Notes under the pieces: model-generated
Told to the model about the DNA's origin: nothing
Seen by the model: only the letters and a program-made list of their open reading frames with translations
Database searches by the model: none
Virus record (IMG/VR): IMGVR_UViG_3300027801_000017
DNA: 64,000 nt
Source: an uncultured virus (IMG/VR IMGVR_UViG_3300027801_000017)
Lineage: Duplodnaviria; Heunggongvirae; Uroviricota; Caudoviricetes; Crassvirales
Reading direction: 5' to 3' (one strand)
Part shown: piece after piece, positions 20,848 to 28,609 of the stretch
Numbering within the stretch: position 1 is the stretch's first letter
Layout of the letters: the number at the start of each line of letters is the position of its first letter
Program-made: the position numbers and the translations under genes

Positions 20848-22253
20848 CATCTTATTTAGTTTTAGTTATTAAAAAGGTAGTTCCTCTCTTATTTCCTCTA
20901 CTGATAAGTCATCATGTAGAATACCACTTCTTTTGTAGTCATCATACATCTTATCTGCTGCTTTAGAAGTCATTGGTTTTTTGTTTACAATTGCCCAATA
21001 TCCATTTTTCTTTACTATTAAATTGTACATAGTTATTTATTTTATGTTAGTTAAAAATCAGTTTTTAAAATTGTATTTATTAGTAGTTGCCCTTTAATAT
21101 CATTAAGTTTCTTATCTTTAATTTCCTTTAGGGTCTTTCTTATTAGTTCATTCTCTATTGCTATACTAGGTGCAACACAATTTAAGTTGCATATCTCTAC
21201 AAAATCGTTTCTAGTCATCTTATTTAGTTTTAGTTATTAAATCATTATACTTTTCCATATAATAATCTCTGCCTTTTTTCATATCGTTATAATCTTCTAA
21301 ATCTACTAAGTTATTAAAGTCCTCCTCCAAATTATTTTGTATTTCTACCCATCTTTCAATAGTTATTCTAGTATTTTTTTCTGTTTTTAATTTGTTTATT
21401 CTTTTGTCAATTAAGATAAGAATGTTTTCAATATCGTTATTTTTTGTTTTCATCTTATTTAGTTTTAGTTATTATTACATTCTTCACAATACCAATCATA
21501 TTTCTTATGATAATATTCTGTGTTTTTTAATACTCTAGTTATTCCGTAGAGGTTAAACATTTTCATTAATTTAATCATCTTATTTAGTTTTAGTTGTTAT
21601 TTATTTTATCCATTAATATCTCAATCTTTACCATTTTGCGTATATTAACTAACTGCTCATTTAATACAGATATTAATTTATCATTCTCATCACTTATTTC
21701 ATCACTATATCTTGGTATAATCTCATCTTCATAATCTCCCTCATTGTTATACCAAAACTCTCCAATAATCTCTCTACATATCATCTCTATCTCAACTAAA
21801 GAGTCATTGTAATATCCCCCCGTACCCTTATCCAACGCTTTTTGGATTTTATTAACTACTGACTGCATATCTTTAATTTCTGCATTTTGTTTTAATGGTA
21901 TTTCTACCTCGTATATTTCATTAAATACTTTCATCTTATTTAGTTTTAGTTTTTAATTTATTAAAAGGGCATACTTATTCTAGGTACAAAGTGTTCATCT
22001 TTCTTGTACAACCCTAGTATATCGTGGCATAAATCTCCTTTAAAGCCACTATATTCTCCCATACTTTCCTTGTATGCTATTAAGTCCTTGCAATAATCTA
22101 GGTTATCCATTAGAGTGAACACTACTAATTGCCGTTTGTCTTTACATTCGTGCATAAATGGTACATTGTTTTCGCAAATCTTAATTGCTTTGTCTATTGT
22201 GTCGGCTCTCCGACTTTGTATTAAAATTGTATTCATCTTATTTAGTTTTAGTT
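20848..22253 (-). repeat. Identical 20-bp leader repeat AACTAAAACTAAATAAGATG (6 copies; variants across 16.2-23.5 kb)
   Basis: CATCTTATTTAGTTTTAGTT on the plus strand at 20848, 21216, 21451, 21576, 21932 and 22234, each including a start codon. Confidence 0.9.
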
Positions 22254-22255
22254 AG

Positions 22256-22324
22256 TAATAGACAATAAGGCAGATGATAGTGTTCTACCTTATTGTTTCG
22301 CATTTTAAATGCTCATCAGTATTA
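22256..22324 (-). ncRNA. Type I hammerhead ribozyme HH2
   Basis: UAAUA CUGAUGA GCAUU-uaa-AAUGC GAAA CAAUAAGGUAGA-loop-UCUGCCUUAUUG UC|UAUUA: complete core, three stems, GUC site. Confidence 0.9.
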
Positions 22325-22334
22325 TTTTAGTTAA

Positions 22335-22583
22335 TTAATTTATTCTCATTACTAGATTAAGAGGTATATTATATCCATTCGGGTCAATAGTAGGGGATAA
22401 TTCCTCTTTGTTATCCTCATCTATTACATATTCAATTTCTAGCCAATCACTTATTTGTGGCTTATCACTTCCGTAATTATCTTTTACTCTTGCACTATCT
22501 CCGCAATCACTTAGTTCTATCAAATATCCTCCTAAATTTGAAATTGTATAGCACCCATGCGCTATGAAATTTTGGTCTTCCAT
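22335..22583 (-). CDS. Hypothetical 82-aa protein flanked by two hammerheads
   Basis: ORF track; lies between HH1 and HH2. Confidence 0.75.
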   Translation of the reverse strand: MEDQNFIAHGCYTISNLGGYLIELSDCGDSARVKDNYGSDKPQISDWLEIEYVIDEDNKEELSPTIDPNGYNIPLNLVMRIN

Positions 22584-22600
22584 AATCTTATATTTTAGTT

Positions 22601-22660
22601 AATAATAGACACTAGAGTACAACCCTAGTGTTTCGTCCTTTTGGACTCTTCAGTATTATT
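22601..22660 (-). ncRNA. Type I hammerhead ribozyme HH1
   Basis: AAUAAUA CUGAAGA GUCC-aaaa-GGAC GAAA CACUAGGG-uugua-CUCUAGUG UC|UAUUAUU: complete core, three stems, GUC site. Confidence 0.92.
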
Positions 22661-23117
22661 TTAGTCTATTCCTAGAGTAGTGTTTTCTAGGTAGTTCTTC
22701 CATTATGTAGAATGTTTCCCATTTAGTTTCCTTTACGAACACTAGAGTAAATCCTATCTTGTTGAGTATATCTGTCATACTCTGAAAGCCACAACCGCCA
22801 TCTACATAGGTTTTTGTGTTTTTACTTGCTCTATTTTGGCTCTTCTTTGTAACTTTATTCCAGTGAGTTATCCCATAGTAATCTGTTGAATTTATCTTTT
22901 TTAACTCATCATTTAGGTAGGTGTTCATAAATTGACCTAGTGCCGTTCCTTGTTTATCATAACCACCACCACCTGCCGACCCTAGTACATTGTCGTTCCT
23001 ATCGTACAACCAACATTTGTGGCTACCTGTTTTACCCCATTTGAAATGTAATGTTTTTACTTTCCAATTATCATCTAGAAAGTGTTCCTGTTTTGCTTTG
23101 CTTAAAATTGTTTTCAT
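22656..23117 (-). CDS. Hypothetical protein with GGGYDK motif
   Basis: 153 aa; AGGGGYDKQGTAL and DGGCG; its stop codon lies in HH1 stem I. Confidence 0.7.
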   Translation of the reverse strand: MKTILSKAKQEHFLDDNWKVKTLHFKWGKTGSHKCWLYDRNDNVLGSAGGGGYDKQGTALGQFMNTYLNDELKKINSTDYYGITHWNKVTKKSQNRASKNTKTYVDGGCGFQSMTDILNKIGFTLVFVKETKWETFYIMEELPRKHYSRNRLK

Positions 23118-23699
23118 ATCTAGTAATTTGTAGATATAAACGGGCTAATTTGTCCTAGCTTTTCGTTAATATCTTGGTTAATTTTGCGTATTAGTTCAAC
23201 ATCTTTTTGCTTATAAAACTCTAGCAATTCCCTATTTTTAATAGGGTTTTGCTCTAGTTCTATGATTAATTTTCTTAATTCAATTATATTCATATCTAGT
23301 AGTTTTTAGTTTTTCCATTAGTAATATCTGTATAGAATAGTAGTGCCATCGGTTTGTGTATTCTATTCACTCCTTTGTAATCTTGTATAATTTTCTGCAT
23401 TTCTAATCTAGTAAAATACTTTCCATTAGGTGCAATGAAATCTTTATTTTTTAAGACTTTTCCGTAATCATTCATATCTAGTTATTTAGTTTAATTAAAA
23501 AAGGATTGAAACAGCCATCAAAGTATTTTAGCTTGTATCTGCTATCTTTGTAGTTGTAAATTCTAGGTAAATCATTACCTTTGTTATCTTGGTAGGGGTT
23601 GCCATTATAATATTTGTGTTTTCTACAAAAGTCAAGATTAAATTTTTTAGATATACTATTGAGTACTCTAAAATTTTCTACTACTTCATACATAATTGT

Positions 23700-24078
23700 G
23701 TTAATTTAGTTAATAGTGAAGGTAGGACAAACGAATGTCCTTATCTAGTAATTCGTGTTAATAGATATTCTCTAGTAGAAACCTCCATAAATAAAAGTTC
23801 TTTTTGCCTTAGTTTCTCGGCACTTAATAATCCGATACACGCTAGCTACTTATCTCTAGTTTATCCGCAATTATTGTATCGTTTCTCTAGTACGGCTCTA
23901 GATACTCCTCAGCACTCCCTAGATATAGCTATCTAGTTGTTAATGGTGGCTCAATTTTGTTCAGTAGTGAATGTAGACCCTATGATATGTAGTGTTTCGG
24001 GCTGTACTCATTCCCGCTAATGTTTTGCGGTTGGTACTTGTGAACGTGTCATGTTGAAAGGTGTTTGTTTCGTTTTGA
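23700..24078 (-). ncRNA. Long structured 5' leader / candidate ncRNA of the early transcript
   Basis: ~385 nt with no minus-strand ORF in the track and several hairpins (CCGC/GCGG, CTAGATA/TATCTAG, CGATACA/TGTATCG, AGGACA/TGTCCT). Confidence 0.45.
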
Positions 24079-24083
24079 CAGTG

Positions 24084-24115
24084 CAAACATACGGATAATA
24101 TTTGACGTGACCAAA
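24084..24115 (-). promoter_or_regulatory. Probable major early promoter (Bacteroidetes-type)
   Basis: TTTG-N20-TATGTTTG(C) on the minus strand at the head of the small-ORF array. Confidence 0.75.
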
Positions 24116-24598
24116 TTTAAGCGTTAAGTCGCTGAAGTTCAATGAGTTATGAGGGTGTAATTTGGGCTTGTTTTGGTGTTCAATGTGTAGTTTTGTACTT
24201 GTTTATGTGTTTGTTGAGAGTTTTACGTTACTCTAGTGGTGTACCTAGTAAACAAAAGACATCAAAAAGCCATGCAGCAAGGCACAAAACAAGCGTTTTA
24301 CTAGGGTTGAGAGGGGGTGGCGTAGGTGTTCCCATGCTTCACGCCCATTCGTAGCGCTAGAAGGGGATAATGTATTTTTTAAGGGGATAAAAGCACCCAC
24401 CCCCCTAAAAAAAAGCGTTTTTCCTTTTAGGAAGTGAGTACCCTGCCATAGTATAGAACCCCCCTGATAAATATCTGTGCGAAATTTTAAAAAAAAATAG
24501 CAGTAAAGGTGTTTTGGAATAAGAGACTATATATATAGGGTATTGATATGGCATACAATACTTGCTATCAAGAAGTTAGGTAGGTAAAGTGTTAAAAT

Positions 24599-24662
24599 AA
24601 GTACCCTGGGAGGGCACTACAAGTACCCTGGGGGGGAACTACAAGTACCCTGGGAGGGCACT
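24599..24662. repeat. Three tandem 22-bp G/C-rich repeats
   Basis: AAGTACCCTGGG(A/G)GGG(C/A)ACTAC at 24599, 24621 and 24643 (third copy 20 bp). Confidence 0.9.
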
Positions 24663-24686
24663 TATGAGGGTTTATTTAGTGGGTTG

Positions 24687-25187
24687 TTAAAAGGAACGAA
24701 TAGCACGTACATCGTTTCCGTCACCCTTAGAGTTTTTGTTTTGACTACCACTATTGAAATCACGCCTCCATGCGTGAGTGTTGCTGAACTCCGAAGAACT
24801 CCAATATATTGCACTACTAAAACTACCAAGCCCTTCTTGGTGTAGATTGTTATACATTTGAGTCAATTCATCTTTTGAAGGCAGGAACCAATCACTATAT
24901 GCTCCAATAGTTAAATCACGACATAAATCAGCAGCAATATCTGCTGTAGTGCATTCAGCTAATATATCAATAGTATTTTGTGCCCCTGTACCAATATCTG
25001 TCCCATCTGCACCAGTAATAGGAGTGCTAGAACAACCCCATACCGCACTATTAGATTGGTCTGAAGGTGCAGCAATTAATCCTCCCCCAGAACCGTCTAA
25101 ATAAAAGATAAGACCTCCTTGATATGTATCACCAAGATGTAAATTTATTTTAGTTTGATAAGATAATCCTATTCCTAATCCTAACAT
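24687..25187 (-). CDS. DUF1566 (Lcl C-terminal, C-type-lectin-fold) protein
   Basis: GDTYQGGLIFY, DWFLPSKDEL, YWSSSE and VRAIRSF motifs. Confidence 0.8.
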   Translation of the reverse strand: MLGLGIGLSYQTKINLHLGDTYQGGLIFYLDGSGGGLIAAPSDQSNSAVWGCSSTPITGADGTDIGTGAQNTIDILAECTTADIAADLCRDLTIGAYSDWFLPSKDELTQMYNNLHQEGLGSFSSAIYWSSSEFSNTHAWRRDFNSGSQNKNSKGDGNDVRAIRSF

Positions 25188-25207
25188 ATTATTTTTTTAT
25201 ATAATTA

Positions 25208-25429
25208 TTATTTACCACACCCACAATCTCCTTTAGGTTTTGGAGGTGGTTTAGGTATATTTGCGTTATGGTTGTCTATGAAGTTATTTACCATTTGTTT
25301 GGCATTATGTTCTGCCATGGCGTTTCTGTATTGTCTAGGGGTAGAAGGGCCTCCTCCTAGTCCTAATGAGCCAGGTGCTACTTTAATACTGGCAGTGTTT
25401 GCTTTTGCGTGTTTCCCTATGAATGCCAT
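25208..25429 (-). CDS. Hypothetical protein
   Basis: 73 aa, ends in CGCGK. Confidence 0.5.
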   Translation of the reverse strand: MAFIGKHAKANTASIKVAPGSLGLGGGPSTPRQYRNAMAEHNAKQMVNNFIDNHNANIPKPPPKPKGDCGCGK

Positions 25430-25430
25430 A

Positions 25431-25496
25431 TTAATATTTTCTTTTATTAGATTTCTTTTTTTTCTTCTTCTTCTTGGATTTCGGTTTTCCGTACAT
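25431..25496 (-). CDS. Lys-rich 21-aa micropeptide (not in the ORF track)
   Basis: MYGKPKSKKKKKKKKSNKRKY*; fills the gap between two co-oriented genes. Confidence 0.5.
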   Translation of the reverse strand: MYGKPKSKKKKKKKKSNKRKY

Positions 25497-25514
25497 AGTA
25501 TTTTGTTTTTAGGG

Positions 25515-25754
25515 TTATGCTCTTTTAGAGCCTTTAAGTCTTGACTTCTCTGCCTTTCCTCTGTTAGCGCTTATTGATATGCATACGCAATTTGATGCTG
25601 AAGCGTTGCGAGGATTACCATCTTTATGATGCACCTCTTTACCAGGGCCACAATTTTTATTTCTACTAGCTTTATTTCTAGCAGCTCTATCCTTCTTAGA
25701 TTTTGTAGAAGACTGAAACTTTTTATATTCTGCTTTATAATTTCTTGTAGCCAT
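25515..25754 (-). CDS. HNH-motif protein
   Basis: EVHHKDGNPRN...SN...NR. Confidence 0.7.
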   Translation of the reverse strand: MATRNYKAEYKKFQSSTKSKKDRAARNKASRNKNCGPGKEVHHKDGNPRNASASNCVCISISANRGKAEKSRLKGSKRA

Positions 25755-25758
25755 ATTG

Positions 25759-25789
25759 CAAATATACGAAAAAACAATCTTTTATACAA
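25759..25789 (-). promoter_or_regulatory. Bacteroidetes-type promoter (probably leaderless transcript)
   Basis: TTG-N20-TATATTTG, 4 nt before the ATG. Confidence 0.65.
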
Positions 25790-25873
25790 CCATATATAGA
25801 TAATTGTGTGGACTTCTCACAAACAATTGTGGACATATATATACTACGTATAATATATAAGAATATAAATTAA
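25782..25873 (+). repeat. ~92-bp non-coding element, copy B
   Basis: Inverted homologue of 18728-18820. Confidence 0.7.
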
Positions 25874-25898
25874 TATTAATAATTTTTATCAAAAATAG

Positions 25899-25929
25899 TT
25901 TGAAAGAATGAATAAAATGATTAAGTTTG
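25899..25929 (+). promoter_or_regulatory. Bacteroidetes-type promoter
   Basis: TTTG-N19-TAAGTTTG(C). Confidence 0.7.
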
Positions 25930-25955
25930 CATATCTTAATTTAAATAAATATAAA

Positions 25956-26183
25956 ATGCAAAACCCCCCAACTCTATTAACACAAATAAGAACTTTCTTC
26001 AAAGCCTTATTTATCCATATCAAAACAGGCAGTAAAACGGTTGGAGGTAAGGTATACATGAAAAGATTAGATACGTGCAGTATGTGTCAATTTAAAAGAG
26101 GAGATAAGTGTGGTAAATGTGGATGCTTATTAATTCCCAAGGCTAAATGGAAAACCTCTACCTGCCCAATAGATAAGTGGTAG
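25956..26183 (+). CDS. Cys-rich small protein (DUF6171-like)
   Basis: RLDTCSMC...CGKCGC...CPIDKW; start set at the ATG after the promoter. Confidence 0.6.
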   Translation: MQNPPTLLTQIRTFFKALFIHIKTGSKTVGGKVYMKRLDTCSMCQFKRGDKCGKCGCLLIPKAKWKTSTCPIDKW

Positions 26184-26192
26184 TGCCTGTAC

Positions 26193-26636
26193 ATGAAAAA
26201 AATACTACTTAATACTGGTAAAAAAATATTAAAAAATGTTATTGAACCATTATATATTGAAAGCTCATTCGTACAAGTATACTCAGGGGTCAACGAAAAA
26301 CTATCTAAAGTTAATAGTCTTTGTGCCATACACCTTTTGTATTGGTCTATTGAGCGCATGAATAAATATAATACCTTGACATTAACCAAAGCAGAGAAGA
26401 AAATGTTTATATATGATATGAGAAATAAGTATAGCTTATCAGGGGTTAATAAAGGATTGGCAAGGTTAAAAGAATGTGGCATTATAGATACTACTAATGA
26501 ATGGTTATTTAATGGGGATAAAGAATATAAAACAAGAAATAGTATGTATTATATAAACCCTTATTACTTTTGGAAAAACCCAGTAAAAAACTCTAGAATA
26601 GAAATGATAAAAGCTCTTGAGCTTGAAAGAAAATAA
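26193..26636 (+). CDS. Winged-helix RepL-like protein
   Basis: VNKGLARLKECGII...YYINPYYFWK pattern. Confidence 0.5.
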   Translation: MKKILLNTGKKILKNVIEPLYIESSFVQVYSGVNEKLSKVNSLCAIHLLYWSIERMNKYNTLTLTKAEKKMFIYDMRNKYSLSGVNKGLARLKECGIIDTTNEWLFNGDKEYKTRNSMYYINPYYFWKNPVKNSRIEMIKALELERK

Positions 26637-26642
26637 AATAAA

Positions 26643-26900
26643 ATGAATGGCATAATAAGAAAAATAAGTGTAGGTGATGTTAAGACGGGAATTACTTATA
26701 AGAAAGGGCAGTTTATGTTTAATAACACTATACAGGTTATAGAGATATTACACAATGATGACTTTAGGGTTAATACAGGAAAAATAAGATATGATATATA
26801 TATCAAAAAAAGTGATTGTGAATATATAAGATTATGGAAATCTTTTGTAGATGTGCCAGTAGCAATAGAGTATGATGTTGAAGTAGAATATATAGCTTAA
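26643..26900 (+). CDS. Hypothetical protein
   Basis: IIRKISVG...LWKSF..VPVAIEYD. Confidence 0.55.
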   Translation: MNGIIRKISVGDVKTGITYKKGQFMFNNTIQVIEILHNDDFRVNTGKIRYDIYIKKSDCEYIRLWKSFVDVPVAIEYDVEVEYIA

Positions 26901-26917
26901 TTAAAAATAAAAAAATT

Positions 26918-27118
26918 ATGGATGCAAAACAATTTTTACACTCTGATGAGTTAAATGAATGGGATGCAGTATTTGACCCAGGAGGTAAACAAGAATATAC
27001 TGAAGAACAATTAATAAGGTTTGCGGAATTATGGGTAGATAGAAAAGTTGATGAATCTAATTATGATGGTAAAACAAGAACAGGAGGGCTAAGTCAAGAC
27101 ACAGGGCCTAGAAACTAA
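26918..27118 (+). CDS. Hypothetical protein
   Basis: 66 aa ORF with AT-rich leader. Confidence 0.5.
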   Translation: MDAKQFLHSDELNEWDAVFDPGGKQEYTEEQLIRFAELWVDRKVDESNYDGKTRTGGLSQDTGPRN

Positions 27119-27130
27119 AACAATAATAAA

Positions 27131-27286
27131 ATGAAATGTCCAAAATGCAATAATGAATTATTATGGGGTGGAGACCACGACTATGAAGATTACGAAAAGG
27201 AAGGTGAAGGTATAGTTTCAAATAACACTTGCAATAACGAAGATTGTGATGTAGAAACAGTTATTATATATACAAATATAGAATAA
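27131..27286 (+). CDS. Small zinc-finger protein (not in the ORF track)
   Basis: MKCPKCNNELLWGGDHD...TCNNEDC. Confidence 0.6.
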   Translation: MKCPKCNNELLWGGDHDYEDYEKEGEGIVSNNTCNNEDCDVETVIIYTNIE

Positions 27287-27289
27287 GTT

Positions 27290-27976
27290 ATGAAAAAAGA
27301 ATGTACCCCTTTAAACGATTGTGTTCTTGTGTATAGAGAGAAAAATACAAATGACGAAGTAGAGATAGGAGACAATAAATTATTTATAGATACATCATGG
27401 TATGAATACGACCATGTTATACAGCATGCTACAGTAAGATATGTACCTAAAAGAATATCTTCTTATTTTAAAACCGAGATGGAGCTCCTGCCAGGAGATA
27501 AAGTTTATTGTCACCACTTTATAGCAGATGAAAAGAATATGATAGAAATACATGACGAGAAATTAAGTAAGTTAAATTATGGACAGCTTTATGCAAGAGT
27601 AAGAGATAATAAGGTTCACATGCTATGTGACTGGGTTCTTGTAGAAATAATTGAAGACAAAGAAGAAGAGCTACAAACAAAATCAGGAATATGGATTAAA
27701 ACAGAAAAGGAAAAGAAAGAACAAATGGGAAAAATAAAATATGTTAATTCTAAATCTATTAACGATGGTTTTAAGCCTGGAGATACAGTTATGTTTATGA
27801 AAGATGCTGATTACGAGATGGAAGTAGAGGGAGAGAAGTTATATAGAATGCGTAATCAAGATATATTAGCGAAGGTAGATGGAGAATCATTACCATTAGT
27901 TGTTGACCATGTGTATAAAGAAAATCATGCAGCAGATATGCCTTCATTTGATGAGTATAATGAAAAAATGCAATGA
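27290..27976 (+). CDS. GroES/Cpn10-like co-chaperonin (apparently two domains)
   Basis: PLNDCVLV and DWVLV...TKSGI...G...PGDTV.F....YEMEVEGEKLYRMRNQDILA. Confidence 0.75.
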   Translation: MKKECTPLNDCVLVYREKNTNDEVEIGDNKLFIDTSWYEYDHVIQHATVRYVPKRISSYFKTEMELLPGDKVYCHHFIADEKNMIEIHDEKLSKLNYGQLYARVRDNKVHMLCDWVLVEIIEDKEEELQTKSGIWIKTEKEKKEQMGKIKYVNSKSINDGFKPGDTVMFMKDADYEMEVEGEKLYRMRNQDILAKVDGESLPLVVDHVYKENHAADMPSFDEYNEKMQ

Positions 27977-28293
27977 AAAAGAAACAAGAAAAAATATTAT
28001 CCGTTTATGAATCAAAACTAATGGAACTTGTAGAGGCAGGAAAGAAAGCGTTTGACCTTCTGGTAAAAGAAGTGGAAAGACCTATTGATGAGGAGCTACA
28101 AGATGACAGAGCACGTAATGCTATGAAAGCTAAGAAGGAATGCTTTATGGATGCTAAAGAGATTATGTCAGAGGTTCAAAAATTAGAGGCACAACTAAGG
28201 GGGGAGGAAGAAGAAATTTTAATAACTCAAGAAGTAAAGGACTCTGTATACACTGGAGGATATGCAGAACAATTTGCTAAAAATAAAAAGTAA
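27973..28293 (+). CDS. Possible terminase small subunit
   Basis: Helical 106-aa protein upstream of TerL; call is positional only. Confidence 0.4.
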   Translation: MKKKQEKILSVYESKLMELVEAGKKAFDLLVKEVERPIDEELQDDRARNAMKAKKECFMDAKEIMSEVQKLEAQLRGEEEEILITQEVKDSVYTGGYAEQFAKNKK

Positions 28294-28568
28294 TGAAAGA
28301 ACTGGATGATATAAAAGAACAGGAGGAATTAATATATTACGCTATGCATGACAGTTACAGAATTATTACAAATAAGATTTCTACCGCAGGGTTTATGATA
28401 GAAAAAGATAAACAAGATATAGATTTTGTTTTATTATTTGACATTCATGACTTACGCACTTTAAAGAAAGGTACACTTGAAAATATTATAGATTATTTTT
28501 CTGACCTAGAAGAATACGAAATGTGTGCAGAACTCGTTGCATATAAAAAGAAACGAGGATGGAAATAA
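28293..28568 (+). CDS. Hypothetical protein with UVR-like C-terminal motif
   Basis: DYFSDLEEYEMCAEL. Confidence 0.5.
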   Translation: MKELDDIKEQEELIYYAMHDSYRIITNKISTAGFMIEKDKQDIDFVLLFDIHDLRTLKKGTLENIIDYFSDLEEYEMCAELVAYKKKRGWK

Positions 28569-28594
28569 AAAAAGGGGCATAAAGCCCCTTTTTT
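28567..28594. terminator. Bidirectional intrinsic terminator
   Basis: A7-GGGGC-ATAAA-GCCCC-T6 between convergent genes. Confidence 0.85.
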
Positions 28595-28609
28595 ATTATA
28601 AACAATATA

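Larger units (their letters stand above)
16281..23693 (-). other. Array of more than 25 small, mostly acidic hypothetical early-type ORFs
   Basis: ORF track shows co-oriented 60-153 aa ORFs, plus smaller uncalled ones; all lie downstream of the promoter at 24084-24115. Confidence 0.75.

Noticed and set aside
20848..22253. Leader repeats as CRISPR repeats or integron attC sites
   Set aside because: Intervals are whole ORFs of variable length, the repeats are not palindromic, and no cas or integrase gene is present
23830..23915. Possible third hammerhead (CUGAGGA...GAAA-CGAUACA/UGUAUCG) on the minus strand
   Set aside because: Stem II does not close directly between the core motifs, stem III is followed by GA rather than UH, and no stem I is evident; at most a degenerate relic
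23589..24354. Plus-strand ORFs 23589-23936 and 24142-24354, and other antisense ORFs in the track
   Set aside because: They run opposite to the local transcription direction or inside better-supported genes and show no recognisable motifs
24599..24662. CRISPR mini-array
   Set aside because: Repeats are directly tandem without spacers; no cas genes
24687..25187. DUF1566 gene as a diversity-generating retroelement target
   Set aside because: No reverse transcriptase and no template repeat resembling its 3' end were seen in this window
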